This document shows positions 27,629 to 34,579 of a stretch of DNA of 64,000 bases, piece by piece. The position numbers were made by a program, and so were the translations under genes. A model generated the notes under the pieces. The model did not search any database and was not told where the DNA came from. It saw only the letters and a list, made by a program, of their open reading frames with translations. The DNA lies in IMG/VR virus record IMGVR_UViG_3300037520_002383, positions 18,925 to 82,924 of that record; one strand, 5' to 3'. How positions within the stretch are numbered: the first letter of the stretch is position 1; the number at the start of each line of letters is the position of its first letter. The DNA is from a virus.

Positions 27629-28036
27629 TCAGGTTTGGTCGTCGCCCAGGGTTCCGAGGCTACGCAAGTCGTCTTGCGCCTGCTGGGTCTTGGCTTTGTT
27701 TTTGGCTTCCGCCTTTTTGTCCATGTCAACGACTACTTCATAGAGAGCCTTCAGGGGCGTCATGTCCTCCAGATCCTGGCCATTACTCTTAGCCGTCCAC
27801 CAGTCGGGAGCCTTCAGGATCCTCACCCGCAGCTGAGAAAGGACCTCGGCGATCTCGATGACGCGCTGTGACGCATATTGAGGATTGGATTCACCAATAT
27901 AGAAGCGAAAGTAGTTATCCAGCTTCAAGCGATCCATCATCGACAGGCGCGTTTTGAAAACAAAGTCGCCGGTCCATGTTTCGCCCGTGACGTCGCCAAT
28001 GGCATGCAGGTGAAACGGAAGGGTATCGGGGGTCAT
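27629..28036 (-). CDS. tail assembly chaperone
   Basis: GETWTGDFVFKTRLS...LRVRILKAPDWW. Confidence 0.6.
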   Translation of the reverse strand: MTPDTLPFHLHAIGDVTGETWTGDFVFKTRLSMMDRLKLDNYFRFYIGESNPQYASQRVIEIAEVLSQLRVRILKAPDWWTAKSNGQDLEDMTPLKALYEVVVDMDKKAEAKNKAKTQQAQDDLRSLGTLGDDQT

Positions 28037-28082
28037 TGCTGCTCCATTCTGAGGTACTTAGGCTGACGATAGCATTTTGCGC

Positions 28083-28117
28083 TTGACGCTCGTAAAAACT
28101 TCCAGTAGACTAGGCGC
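28083..28117 (+). promoter_or_regulatory. early promoter with 9-codon leaderless minigene (28118-28147)
   Basis: TTGACG-17-TAGACT-6nt-ATG; ORF MNQTRAVLC*. Confidence 0.6.
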
Positions 28118-28171
28118 ATGAATCAAACGCGAGCGGTTCTGTGCTAAGATGGTTGTCAGGAGGACAGTACC

Positions 28172-28408
28172 GTGACACTGAAGAGCTTTGAAGGCGATGA
28201 CGCCGAGACTAACCGCCGCCGACAGCGAGTAGCCGGCAAGCGGCAGCTGCACAACCTGCTTGAGGACCAAGAAGAGGAAGAGACTCCGGAGGAACGAGAG
28301 TATCGCCTCGAACAGGAAGAACTGCGGCGCCTCGATACTGACCTCAAACGCCTGCAATGGGTCGAAGCCGCCGTCGACATCTTAGCCCACGATGAAGAGG
28401 CGGCCTGA
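28172..28408 (+). CDS. acidic hypothetical protein
   Basis: SD AGGAGG, GTG start. Confidence 0.6.
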   Translation: MTLKSFEGDDAETNRRRQRVAGKRQLHNLLEDQEEEETPEEREYRLEQEELRRLDTDLKRLQWVEAAVDILAHDEEAA

Positions 28409-28427
28409 AGATAATCAAGGGAACTTA

Positions 28428-28487
28428 CTTTTCCCGGCAGGGAAATAAAGGGGGCTTTACTAGCCTCCTTTTCCTTTTCGGGAAAAC
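28428..28487. terminator. long imperfect hairpin
   Basis: TTTTCCC..AAAGGGGGCT-ttact-AGCCTCCTTT..GGGAAAA. Confidence 0.5.
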
Positions 28488-28500
28488 GCAAAGATGGTGC

Positions 28501-28535
28501 TTGACGGTTGCCGCCGATTCTTGTAGGCTGAGGGC
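28501..28535 (+). promoter_or_regulatory. early promoter, leaderless
   Basis: TTGACG-17-TAGGCT-6nt-ATG(28536). Confidence 0.8.
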
Positions 28536-29216
28536 ATGAACAACACCAACGCCGTCGCTGAAACCACCACCGCCACCTTCTCCGTGCCCGAGAGCCGCCT
28601 TGAATGGCTGAAGGCCGAGCTTGCCAAGCTGGCAAAGCGCGCCAACAAGATCGGCTGCATCGCTCCGACGATGGTCGTCGGCGACAGCACACTGGTGAAA
28701 CACGCCAACGGCGACGGCGACGGCGAGAGCGTTGCCACCTTCATCCGCCATTTTGCCGTCACCGTCACCGGTCAGGCGCCGCGCATCAACGGCTGGACAT
28801 TCGTGGCCACCCTCGACCACGCCGACGGCGAGGTGGTCCTGCGCACGCACCCCAGTTTTGAGGGCCAGCTGCCGCCGCGCTTCCGCTGCGCCGACCCTCG
28901 CAACTGCGACCACTGCCACATGGTGCGTCAGCGCACCGAGACCTTTGTGCTGCGCAACGACGCCACCGGCGACTTTCAGCAAATCGGCCGCCAGTGCCTG
29001 CGCGACTTCCTTGGCCACGAGAACCCGATGTCGGTGGCCGCCACGGCCGAACTCCTCTGGGACCTGTGCGAGACCGCCGAGGCTTCGGAGCACGAGGCCG
29101 GCGGGAGTCACGCTGGCAACTACGTCGACGCCGTCGAGTTCCTGTCCTTTGTCGCCGCCGCCATTCGCATGGAAGGCTGGACCAGCCGCAAGGCGGCGCG
29201 CGAAGCCACCTTCTGA
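28536..29216 (+). CDS. zinc-binding phage protein, N-terminal half of a split family
   Basis: INGWTFVATLDH, CDHC..RQRTETFVL, QIGRQCLRDFLG. Confidence 0.75.
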   Translation: MNNTNAVAETTTATFSVPESRLEWLKAELAKLAKRANKIGCIAPTMVVGDSTLVKHANGDGDGESVATFIRHFAVTVTGQAPRINGWTFVATLDHADGEVVLRTHPSFEGQLPPRFRCADPRNCDHCHMVRQRTETFVLRNDATGDFQQIGRQCLRDFLGHENPMSVAATAELLWDLCETAEASEHEAGGSHAGNYVDAVEFLSFVAAAIRMEGWTSRKAAREATF

Positions 29217-29233
29217 GGTAGGCCCGGTCAATA

Positions 29234-29276
29234 CCCGCAGGAAGTTACGCTGGGCGTGACTTTCGGCGGGCTTTGT
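29234..29276 (+). terminator. hairpin between the split halves
   Basis: CCCGC..GAAGTTACGC-tgg-GCGTGACTTT..GCGGG-CTTTGT. Confidence 0.55.
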
Positions 29277-29278
29277 GC

Positions 29279-29307
29279 TTGACAGCCTTGGCCGTCTCCT
29301 GTAGGCT
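29279..29307 (+). promoter_or_regulatory. early promoter (leadered)
   Basis: TTGACA-17-TAGGCT, SD GGAG before 29332. Confidence 0.75.
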
Positions 29308-29331
29308 GCCTTCATCAACACGGAGTCGCAT

Positions 29332-30012
29332 ATGAAGACCGCCACCGCCGACCTCGCTATGACCGTCATGTTCAGCCGCAGCAAGGAGCGCCGCGAATGG
29401 CAGGAGGCCGGCTTCTTCCCCACCGACGACGACACCCAGATCGCCATCAAGGCGCTGGAGTGGGCGCGCGAGACCTTCGGCGCCAAGACCGCCGAGGAGC
29501 GCAGCGACTTTGAGCACAACATGTACGTCGCCAGCAAGGGCAACGTCATGAACCTCAAGAACAGCGGCCTCGCCGCCTACATCGTCGCCGGCTACCTCAA
29601 GGAGCAGGAGCGTCTGGCCCGCGCCAAGGCCTTCCGCGGCCGCGACATGACCGCCAGCCAGCACTTCGGCGTCGTCGGCGAGAAGCTGATGCTGCAGGCC
29701 GTGGTTGTGGGCGTCAAGAAGATCGAGGGCTTCTACGGCACGACGACGATCATCAAGCTGCTGACCGAAGACGGCAACGTGGGCGTGTGGTTCGCCAGCA
29801 ACGCCCCTGAGGCAATCGAGAAGGCTATGGAGACTGAGGAGCCGACGACCTTCACCCTCGTCGCCACCATCAAGGACCATGATGCCTATCAAGGTATCAA
29901 TCAGACCCAGCTGACGCGCTGCAAGCTGGTTGATGTCGCCGACATTGAGAAGGAAACCAAGAAGCTGGCCAAGGAGAAGGCGAAGAAGATGAAGGTGGCT
30001 AACGCCGCATAA
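29332..30012 (+). CDS. OB-fold protein, C-terminal half of a split family
   Basis: SQHFGVVGEK...GFYGTT...DGNVGVWFAS...ATIKDH..YQGINQTQLTRCK. Confidence 0.75.
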   Translation: MKTATADLAMTVMFSRSKERREWQEAGFFPTDDDTQIAIKALEWARETFGAKTAEERSDFEHNMYVASKGNVMNLKNSGLAAYIVAGYLKEQERLARAKAFRGRDMTASQHFGVVGEKLMLQAVVVGVKKIEGFYGTTTIIKLLTEDGNVGVWFASNAPEAIEKAMETEEPTTFTLVATIKDHDAYQGINQTQLTRCKLVDVADIEKETKKLAKEKAKKMKVANAA

Positions 30013-30035
30013 TCCGCGAGACTCCCGCCAGCAGC

Positions 30036-30066
30036 AAAGAGCCGCCCGAGGGCGGCTTTTTACTTT
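30036..30066 (+). terminator. intrinsic terminator
   Basis: AGCCGCCC-ga-GGGCGGCT-TTTTACTTT. Confidence 0.75.
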
Positions 30067-30127
30067 GTCTTCTGGCTATGGGCGTGCTATCACTAGAACA
30101 ACAAAGCCGTCAAAGGGGAGGCAGGAC

Positions 30128-30727
30128 ATGAGTAAGAAAAAGACTTCCATCCGAAAGGTCATCATCGTCAAAGACCTTTCATTCAATCTCGTTGTAGCAA
30201 TGGAACGTGAGTTGTTGTACTATAGCGATCAGATTTTATACAATGCCGCAAAGCTCGCCGCACTCCGCGAGGACCTTGAGACGAAGCTGATGGCCTGGGA
30301 GGAGCTGGCGGAGATGGCGATTCGACACCAGGCCCTGCATCAACAGATCCTCGGCAGCATGCACATGGTTCAGGAGGAGCAGAAGGAAGTCGACGAGAAG
30401 GATCGCGAGAGCGCCGACAGCCGCAGCCTCGTCTGCCAGTTTCCTACCGAATACTTTGATGTCATTGCCCGAGCCTTCAATAGCCCCTTTCTGGCTCTGG
30501 AATCCAGCGATCATGAAATGAGCTATTGGCGGCACCTCAGGGAATCCGACCAGGAGCGGCAGGCGATGGAGGAACAGCATCGCATTCTCGTGAAGTGTCT
30601 GAAGGAAGGAGTTCAAAGGCAAGTTGAGGTAGAGGAAGACGAAGAAGACGAAGAAGACGAAGAAGATGCCCCTGATGCCTCGTTTGCCCGCCTCGCCACA
30701 ATGCCCATGCCCAGAATCCGGCATTGA
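30128..30727 (+). CDS. acidic coiled-coil hypothetical protein
   Basis: SD GGGGAGG; (GAAGACGAA)n tract. Confidence 0.6.
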   Translation: MSKKKTSIRKVIIVKDLSFNLVVAMERELLYYSDQILYNAAKLAALREDLETKLMAWEELAEMAIRHQALHQQILGSMHMVQEEQKEVDEKDRESADSRSLVCQFPTEYFDVIARAFNSPFLALESSDHEMSYWRHLRESDQERQAMEEQHRILVKCLKEGVQRQVEVEEDEEDEEDEEDAPDASFARLATMPMPRIRH

Positions 30728-30759
30728 CAACAGGCGCATATTTGCTGTAGAATGCGGAC
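30724..30759 (+). promoter_or_regulatory. early promoter, leaderless
   Basis: TTGACA-18-TAGAAT-6nt-ATG(30760). Confidence 0.75.
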
Positions 30760-31074
30760 ATGAACACCAAGATAATGCACACGGCGTTTGCAAACTCCAT
30801 TGCCGGCTTCGCCATTCTCTTCCATCTACAGAAACATGGCCCCGATTCTCGAACCAATATCATCGATGCCGTATCGCGGCGGCTGGCGGGTATGGATCAG
30901 ACGTCGATCGCCGATGTGACGCGCGTCACATCGGCGGCCATTCAGTTGGCTATCGACTGTCGCTACGTCGATGGCCTTAGTGGCTATCGCCTGAGGATCA
31001 CAGAAGAAGGCGCGGCGATGTCAGAAAAACTGCAGTTTTTTTATGCTAGCATTTTGAAACCGACCCAACCTTGA
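30760..31074 (+). CDS. possible winged-helix protein
   Basis: ..YVD...YRLRITEEG wing motif. Confidence 0.55.
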   Translation: MNTKIMHTAFANSIAGFAILFHLQKHGPDSRTNIIDAVSRRLAGMDQTSIADVTRVTSAAIQLAIDCRYVDGLSGYRLRITEEGAAMSEKLQFFYASILKPTQP

Positions 31075-31115
31075 AAATATGGCGGCGTTTTGCCGCCGTG
31101 AAAGGGGTGGGTATC

Positions 31116-31832
31116 ATGCAGCGACTGTGGTTTGCTCTGTCACTTCTCTCGACATCTCCTTCCCTAGATCACGAAGTGCCTTTGGTTCCGCCGCAGGCTG
31201 CCGCAACGGCAGCCGCCGCCGCCGCGCCGCCGGTCATTGACGCGAGTCCGCAGCTGAAGTCTTTGGTAATCGTGGATCGACCCACCAAGGTGGCTCAAGT
31301 CATCTTGGATGTTGCGCTGAATGACCGAACGACAGAGGCGCTGGAAAATACCTTGGAGTCGCTTCCCGCCGAAACTGAGTTTGTCGTGCTGGTGATTGAC
31401 AGCCCCGGCGGTTTGTTGACGGCCAGTCGCGATATCTCTCGTATCATCGAAAGCAGCCACAAAAAAATCGTCTGTGTTGTGGATGGCCTGGGGGCTTCCG
31501 GCGCTTATTATCTGCTGCAGAGCTGTGGTCTACGATTGATGACGGCGCGCAGCAATCTCATGCTTCATGAGGCATTCGTTCCCAGCCCCCAGGAGCCGGA
31601 GGCCAACGAGGCGCTGGCACTTTCTGCCGTCAACTCGTCCATGGCCTGGCAGCAATGTCATCGCCTGCGCATCTCCATTCCCGAATGCCATGCACAATAC
31701 AGCAACGGACGGGAGTGGTGGCTGACGCCGCAAGAGGCCGTGGCCGTGGGTGCCGTCGATGGCATTGTCGAGACGCCGATGCAGGTGATGCTGGATATAA
31801 GCGGCATAAAGCCCGAGGCGACCAATAAATAA
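31116..31832 (+). CDS. ClpP-like serine peptidase with N-terminal signal peptide
   Basis: IDSPGG, DGLGASGAYY, LMLHE, WWLTPQEAV..GAVDGIV. Confidence 0.8.
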   Translation: MQRLWFALSLLSTSPSLDHEVPLVPPQAAATAAAAAAPPVIDASPQLKSLVIVDRPTKVAQVILDVALNDRTTEALENTLESLPAETEFVVLVIDSPGGLLTASRDISRIIESSHKKIVCVVDGLGASGAYYLLQSCGLRLMTARSNLMLHEAFVPSPQEPEANEALALSAVNSSMAWQQCHRLRISIPECHAQYSNGREWWLTPQEAVAVGAVDGIVETPMQVMLDISGIKPEATNK

Positions 31833-31883
31833 GCCTTTGGCGGATGCTATTCAGCTACCTGACGGCAACACAGGAGGCCTTGC

Positions 31884-32216
31884 GTGGTGATGACTAGCAT
31901 CTTTGGTTGGCTGACATTGAAGCTGCGGCAACTGAGACACCTGCTGTCTCCTCAGCTGCCGTCGCTCTTACCCGTGGCGGCCGTAGCACAGTTGCCGCTT
32001 GTGAAGTGGAATGAACGCTGTGAACGAGAGGGCGATGTCGTGCGTTCCTGCTCTGTTGTGGAGGCTGTGGCGCGACAACGAGCCGCGGCGGCACGGCACG
32101 GTCACTGGTATGTCACAGATGAAGAGGCGCTGGAGGACTTTCTGGTGGTCCACTGGGCTTGGATAGAGAACCAGCTAGCGCCCTCAAAGCCTACCGACCC
32201 AATCCCTGGCCTCTAG
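31884..32216 (+). CDS. hypothetical protein
   Basis: SD AGGAGG. Confidence 0.5.
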   Translation: MVMTSIFGWLTLKLRQLRHLLSPQLPSLLPVAAVAQLPLVKWNERCEREGDVVRSCSVVEAVARQRAAAARHGHWYVTDEEALEDFLVVHWAWIENQLAPSKPTDPIPGL

Positions 32217-32402
32217 CGTCGTATGGCAGTTGCCGACTTTTTCCCAGTAATCGTCGTTCCAGGCCGTGGCGGGCTTCATCTCCCAGCAAGTGAAGGAGCC
32301 GCCAAGGAATGAGCGAATGGCCATGCGCCGCCGCCCTTCGTCGCTGCACTGATGCACTTCAACTGCACTGAAGGCCATTTCCATCATCTCGCGGTCACTC
32401 AT
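32184..32402 (-). CDS. small hypothetical protein
   Basis: MSDREMM start overlapping the holin-like stop. Confidence 0.45.
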   Translation of the reverse strand: MSDREMMEMAFSAVEVHQCSDEGRRRMAIRSFLGGSFTCWEMKPATAWNDDYWEKVGNCHTTLEARDWVGRL

Positions 32403-32643
32403 CGTCTGCCGCCGCCTTCGACTGTCGCCGGCCGCCGACGAACTTGGCTCCAACATTCGATCCACTGTAAATCGCCAATGCCCCCAGTTGGCCGCCGACA
32501 AAGACTTCGTAGTTGGCGGCAAAGGCTGGGTAGTGAGCCGACAAGAGCCCGCCGCAGAGAATCAACACGGCTGTACCGACGGCGAACCACATTTTGCGGC
32601 TTTTGACACCGCCATCAAACGCAGATGACTTGACGTTGGCCAT
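32395..32643 (-). CDS. holin-like two-TM membrane protein
   Basis: KSRKMWF + two hydrophobic helices, charged tail. Confidence 0.55.
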   Translation of the reverse strand: MANVKSSAFDGGVKSRKMWFAVGTAVLILCGGLLSAHYPAFAANYEVFVGGQLGALAIYSGSNVGAKFVGGRRQSKAAADDE

Positions 32644-32660
32644 GGCCGCACTCCATCGGA

Positions 32661-33068
32661 TTATTTGCTGATTGCCGCCCAGAGAGCGTCACCAAACTTA
32701 GACGAAAAGGTACCGACAACGCCGCCGACGATGAACACGATGCCGGCGATGACCTTACGCTTGAAGGCGGCGATTGCGTGATCGCTTTCTTCCTTGACTT
32801 TTTCCAGATCCGCAACGCGCGTCGTCAAGGCCCTCAGGCCGACGTCCACGGACGCGAAGCCTTCGCGCGTCTTGTCGCCCACGCCCGCAACCATCAACTT
32901 CAGTTGCTGCAGGTCACGATAGACTTCTTCCTGCGACTCCTGTACATGCTGCATGTCGCCTTGCAATCGCGACAAGATGGCCTGCGTTTCCGTGCCCTGT
33001 GACTCCAGACTCTGAATCCGTGTCTCATGAGCCTCTAGGAAAGAAGCGGCAGTTACGTTAGGTGGCAT
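32661..33068 (-). CDS. XhlA-like coiled-coil protein with C-terminal TM
   Basis: HETRIQSLE heptads then IAGIVFIVGGVVG. Confidence 0.55.
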   Translation of the reverse strand: MPPNVTAASFLEAHETRIQSLESQGTETQAILSRLQGDMQHVQESQEEVYRDLQQLKLMVAGVGDKTREGFASVDVGLRALTTRVADLEKVKEESDHAIAAFKRKVIAGIVFIVGGVVGTFSSKFGDALWAAISK

Positions 33069-33100
33069 TGCTGATCCCCCAGCTGCTGATAGGCTACCCA

Positions 33101-33106
33101 AAGATT
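33101..33106 (-). promoter_or_regulatory. putative late promoter AATCTT
   Basis: 33 nt upstream of ATG 33068. Confidence 0.55.
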
Positions 33107-33109
33107 GTT

Positions 33110-33904
33110 TCAGCAGCCAACGCAGTCAACGCAGCTGTCCATGACGCGATCGGCGATCGGCATCAGACTTTGGCGTAGATCTTCTAGACTGCCAAGGTTG
33201 TCGATGACCGCGCCATTGCGGCTGCAGAAATCCAACATCTCTGGCGTCTGCTGATCCTTCTCCGAGGCATGGCTGGGGGTAGTAGAGACGAGACCGGGGC
33301 GGCGAATGAGGAGAGGGAAGCCACGGGACTTCTCGGCTTCGTTGAAGAAGCGAGCGTCCGAAAGCACGATGACGTCGAAGTCTGAATCCGCGACCTGACG
33401 CTTGAGGCAGTTGATCCAGACATCGGCATCGAGCGCACGGCCCCACTCAGTGCCGAGAGTCTGCAGGGCTCGACGAGCACTAAGCCCGCGTTGGCGTTGC
33501 AGCTGACGCCGGCAGTCGACCATCTCCCACGACCACGGCACCTCGGCCATCAGTTCGTTGAACCAATGGTCCAGCTCTCGACGCGCCCTGAGCCAGAACT
33601 CGGGTGTGGCGTCGGGCCAGCACTCGCCGACGAAGGCGCTGCCGCAGACCTTCAGATATTCGCGAGCCGACTCCCAGGCCTCCATGTTCAGATAGGTCGG
33701 CATTTCTTCTTCACGCGCCGATGACGGGCCATAAACATTCTCAAAGCTGAAACCAAAGACACCGCGACAAAAGCGCTTGATGGGCGTCGCGAAGGCGGCT
33801 TGAGTCACTCTCAGGCCGCGTTTGTCCAGCAACTCGCAGAAGATGTTGGCGGCCGTTGACTTGCCGGCACCGGCAGTACCAATCGGAACGATGAGAAGGG
33901 TCAT
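33110..33904 (-). CDS. deoxynucleoside monophosphate kinase
   Basis: GTAGAGKSTAA, AFATPIK, RRALQTLGTEWGR, SDARFFNE. Confidence 0.9.
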   Translation of the reverse strand: MTLLIVPIGTAGAGKSTAANIFCELLDKRGLRVTQAAFATPIKRFCRGVFGFSFENVYGPSSAREEEMPTYLNMEAWESAREYLKVCGSAFVGECWPDATPEFWLRARRELDHWFNELMAEVPWSWEMVDCRRQLQRQRGLSARRALQTLGTEWGRALDADVWINCLKRQVADSDFDVIVLSDARFFNEAEKSRGFPLLIRRPGLVSTTPSHASEKDQQTPEMLDFCSRNGAVIDNLGSLEDLRQSLMPIADRVMDSCVDCVGC

Positions 33905-33982
33905 GATAAGCGCAGCCTCCTTGCGGCCGATGATAGCACACACATCGACAATAGGCAACTATCACGCGCTTCTGCAGAAAAA

Positions 33983-34012
33983 CAGCGGCCCTCCGGTGTA
34001 GGAAGGCCGCTG
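33983..34012 (-). terminator. intrinsic terminator after tube gene
   Basis: CAGCGGCC.TCC/GGA.GGCCGCTG with an A-run on + (U-run on -). Confidence 0.7.
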
Positions 34013-34050
34013 CTCAAATGACGCTAAGCGTTAGGCTGCTGACGTAGACG

Positions 34051-34530
34051 TCAAGGCAATCGGCTTGCCGTGCCATCTTCAGACAAGTCGTTATCGGCCG
34101 TCTCGTCGCTACAGAGGATGCCCATAAAGCTGAAGCTCTGCTCAGTCAACTGTCGGCTAGCAATCGGCGTCTGGTAGCTCGTGGGGCGAACGTTCGAAAT
34201 CTTCGCAATCACCTTGTCGGGGTTCTGCCGATCGGTGATCACGAACTGCAGGTATTCATGGGTCAAAATCTCAGCCAGGGTCGGGAAAAGGGCCTGGACA
34301 TGGGGCCCTTGATCGATGATACGCCAACCGCTGGCGCTGATGCTCACTGGCTCCTGAGCCGTGTACTCGATGTCACGCGGCGCGTACGCCCCCAGAGTAT
34401 ATACGGGCGTAGCGTCATAGGCGACGCCATAGCTGATGGACGTGAAAATACCAACGGTCACTTTACGGCCATCATCGCTCGTGATCTCGACCTTCGCCCG
34501 CGCACCGGTTACGATCTTTGGAGGTGCCAT
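34051..34530 (-). CDS. tail tube protein
   Basis: immediately after sheath; IVTGARAKV..VGIF.SISYG. Confidence 0.8.
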   Translation of the reverse strand: MAPPKIVTGARAKVEITSDDGRKVTVGIFTSISYGVAYDATPVYTLGAYAPRDIEYTAQEPVSISASGWRIIDQGPHVQALFPTLAEILTHEYLQFVITDRQNPDKVIAKISNVRPTSYQTPIASRQLTEQSFSFMGILCSDETADNDLSEDGTASRLP

Positions 34531-34579
34531 GTTGATTTCTCCCTTTTATTGAATGCCCTTAGAATCTCGGGTGGCGGCA

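Noticed and set aside
27600-27665. Programmed -1 frameshift between the tail chaperones
   Set aside because: The second ORF is in the -1 frame, but the open overlap lacks an XXXYYYZ heptamer and the ORF has its own GAAGG/ATG
30630-30670. (GAAGACGAA)n tandem repeat
   Set aside because: Ordinary acidic low-complexity coding tract
1202-30760. Repeated TGTAGGCTG elements as a CRISPR-like array
   Set aside because: Dispersed and irregularly spaced; fully explained as promoters
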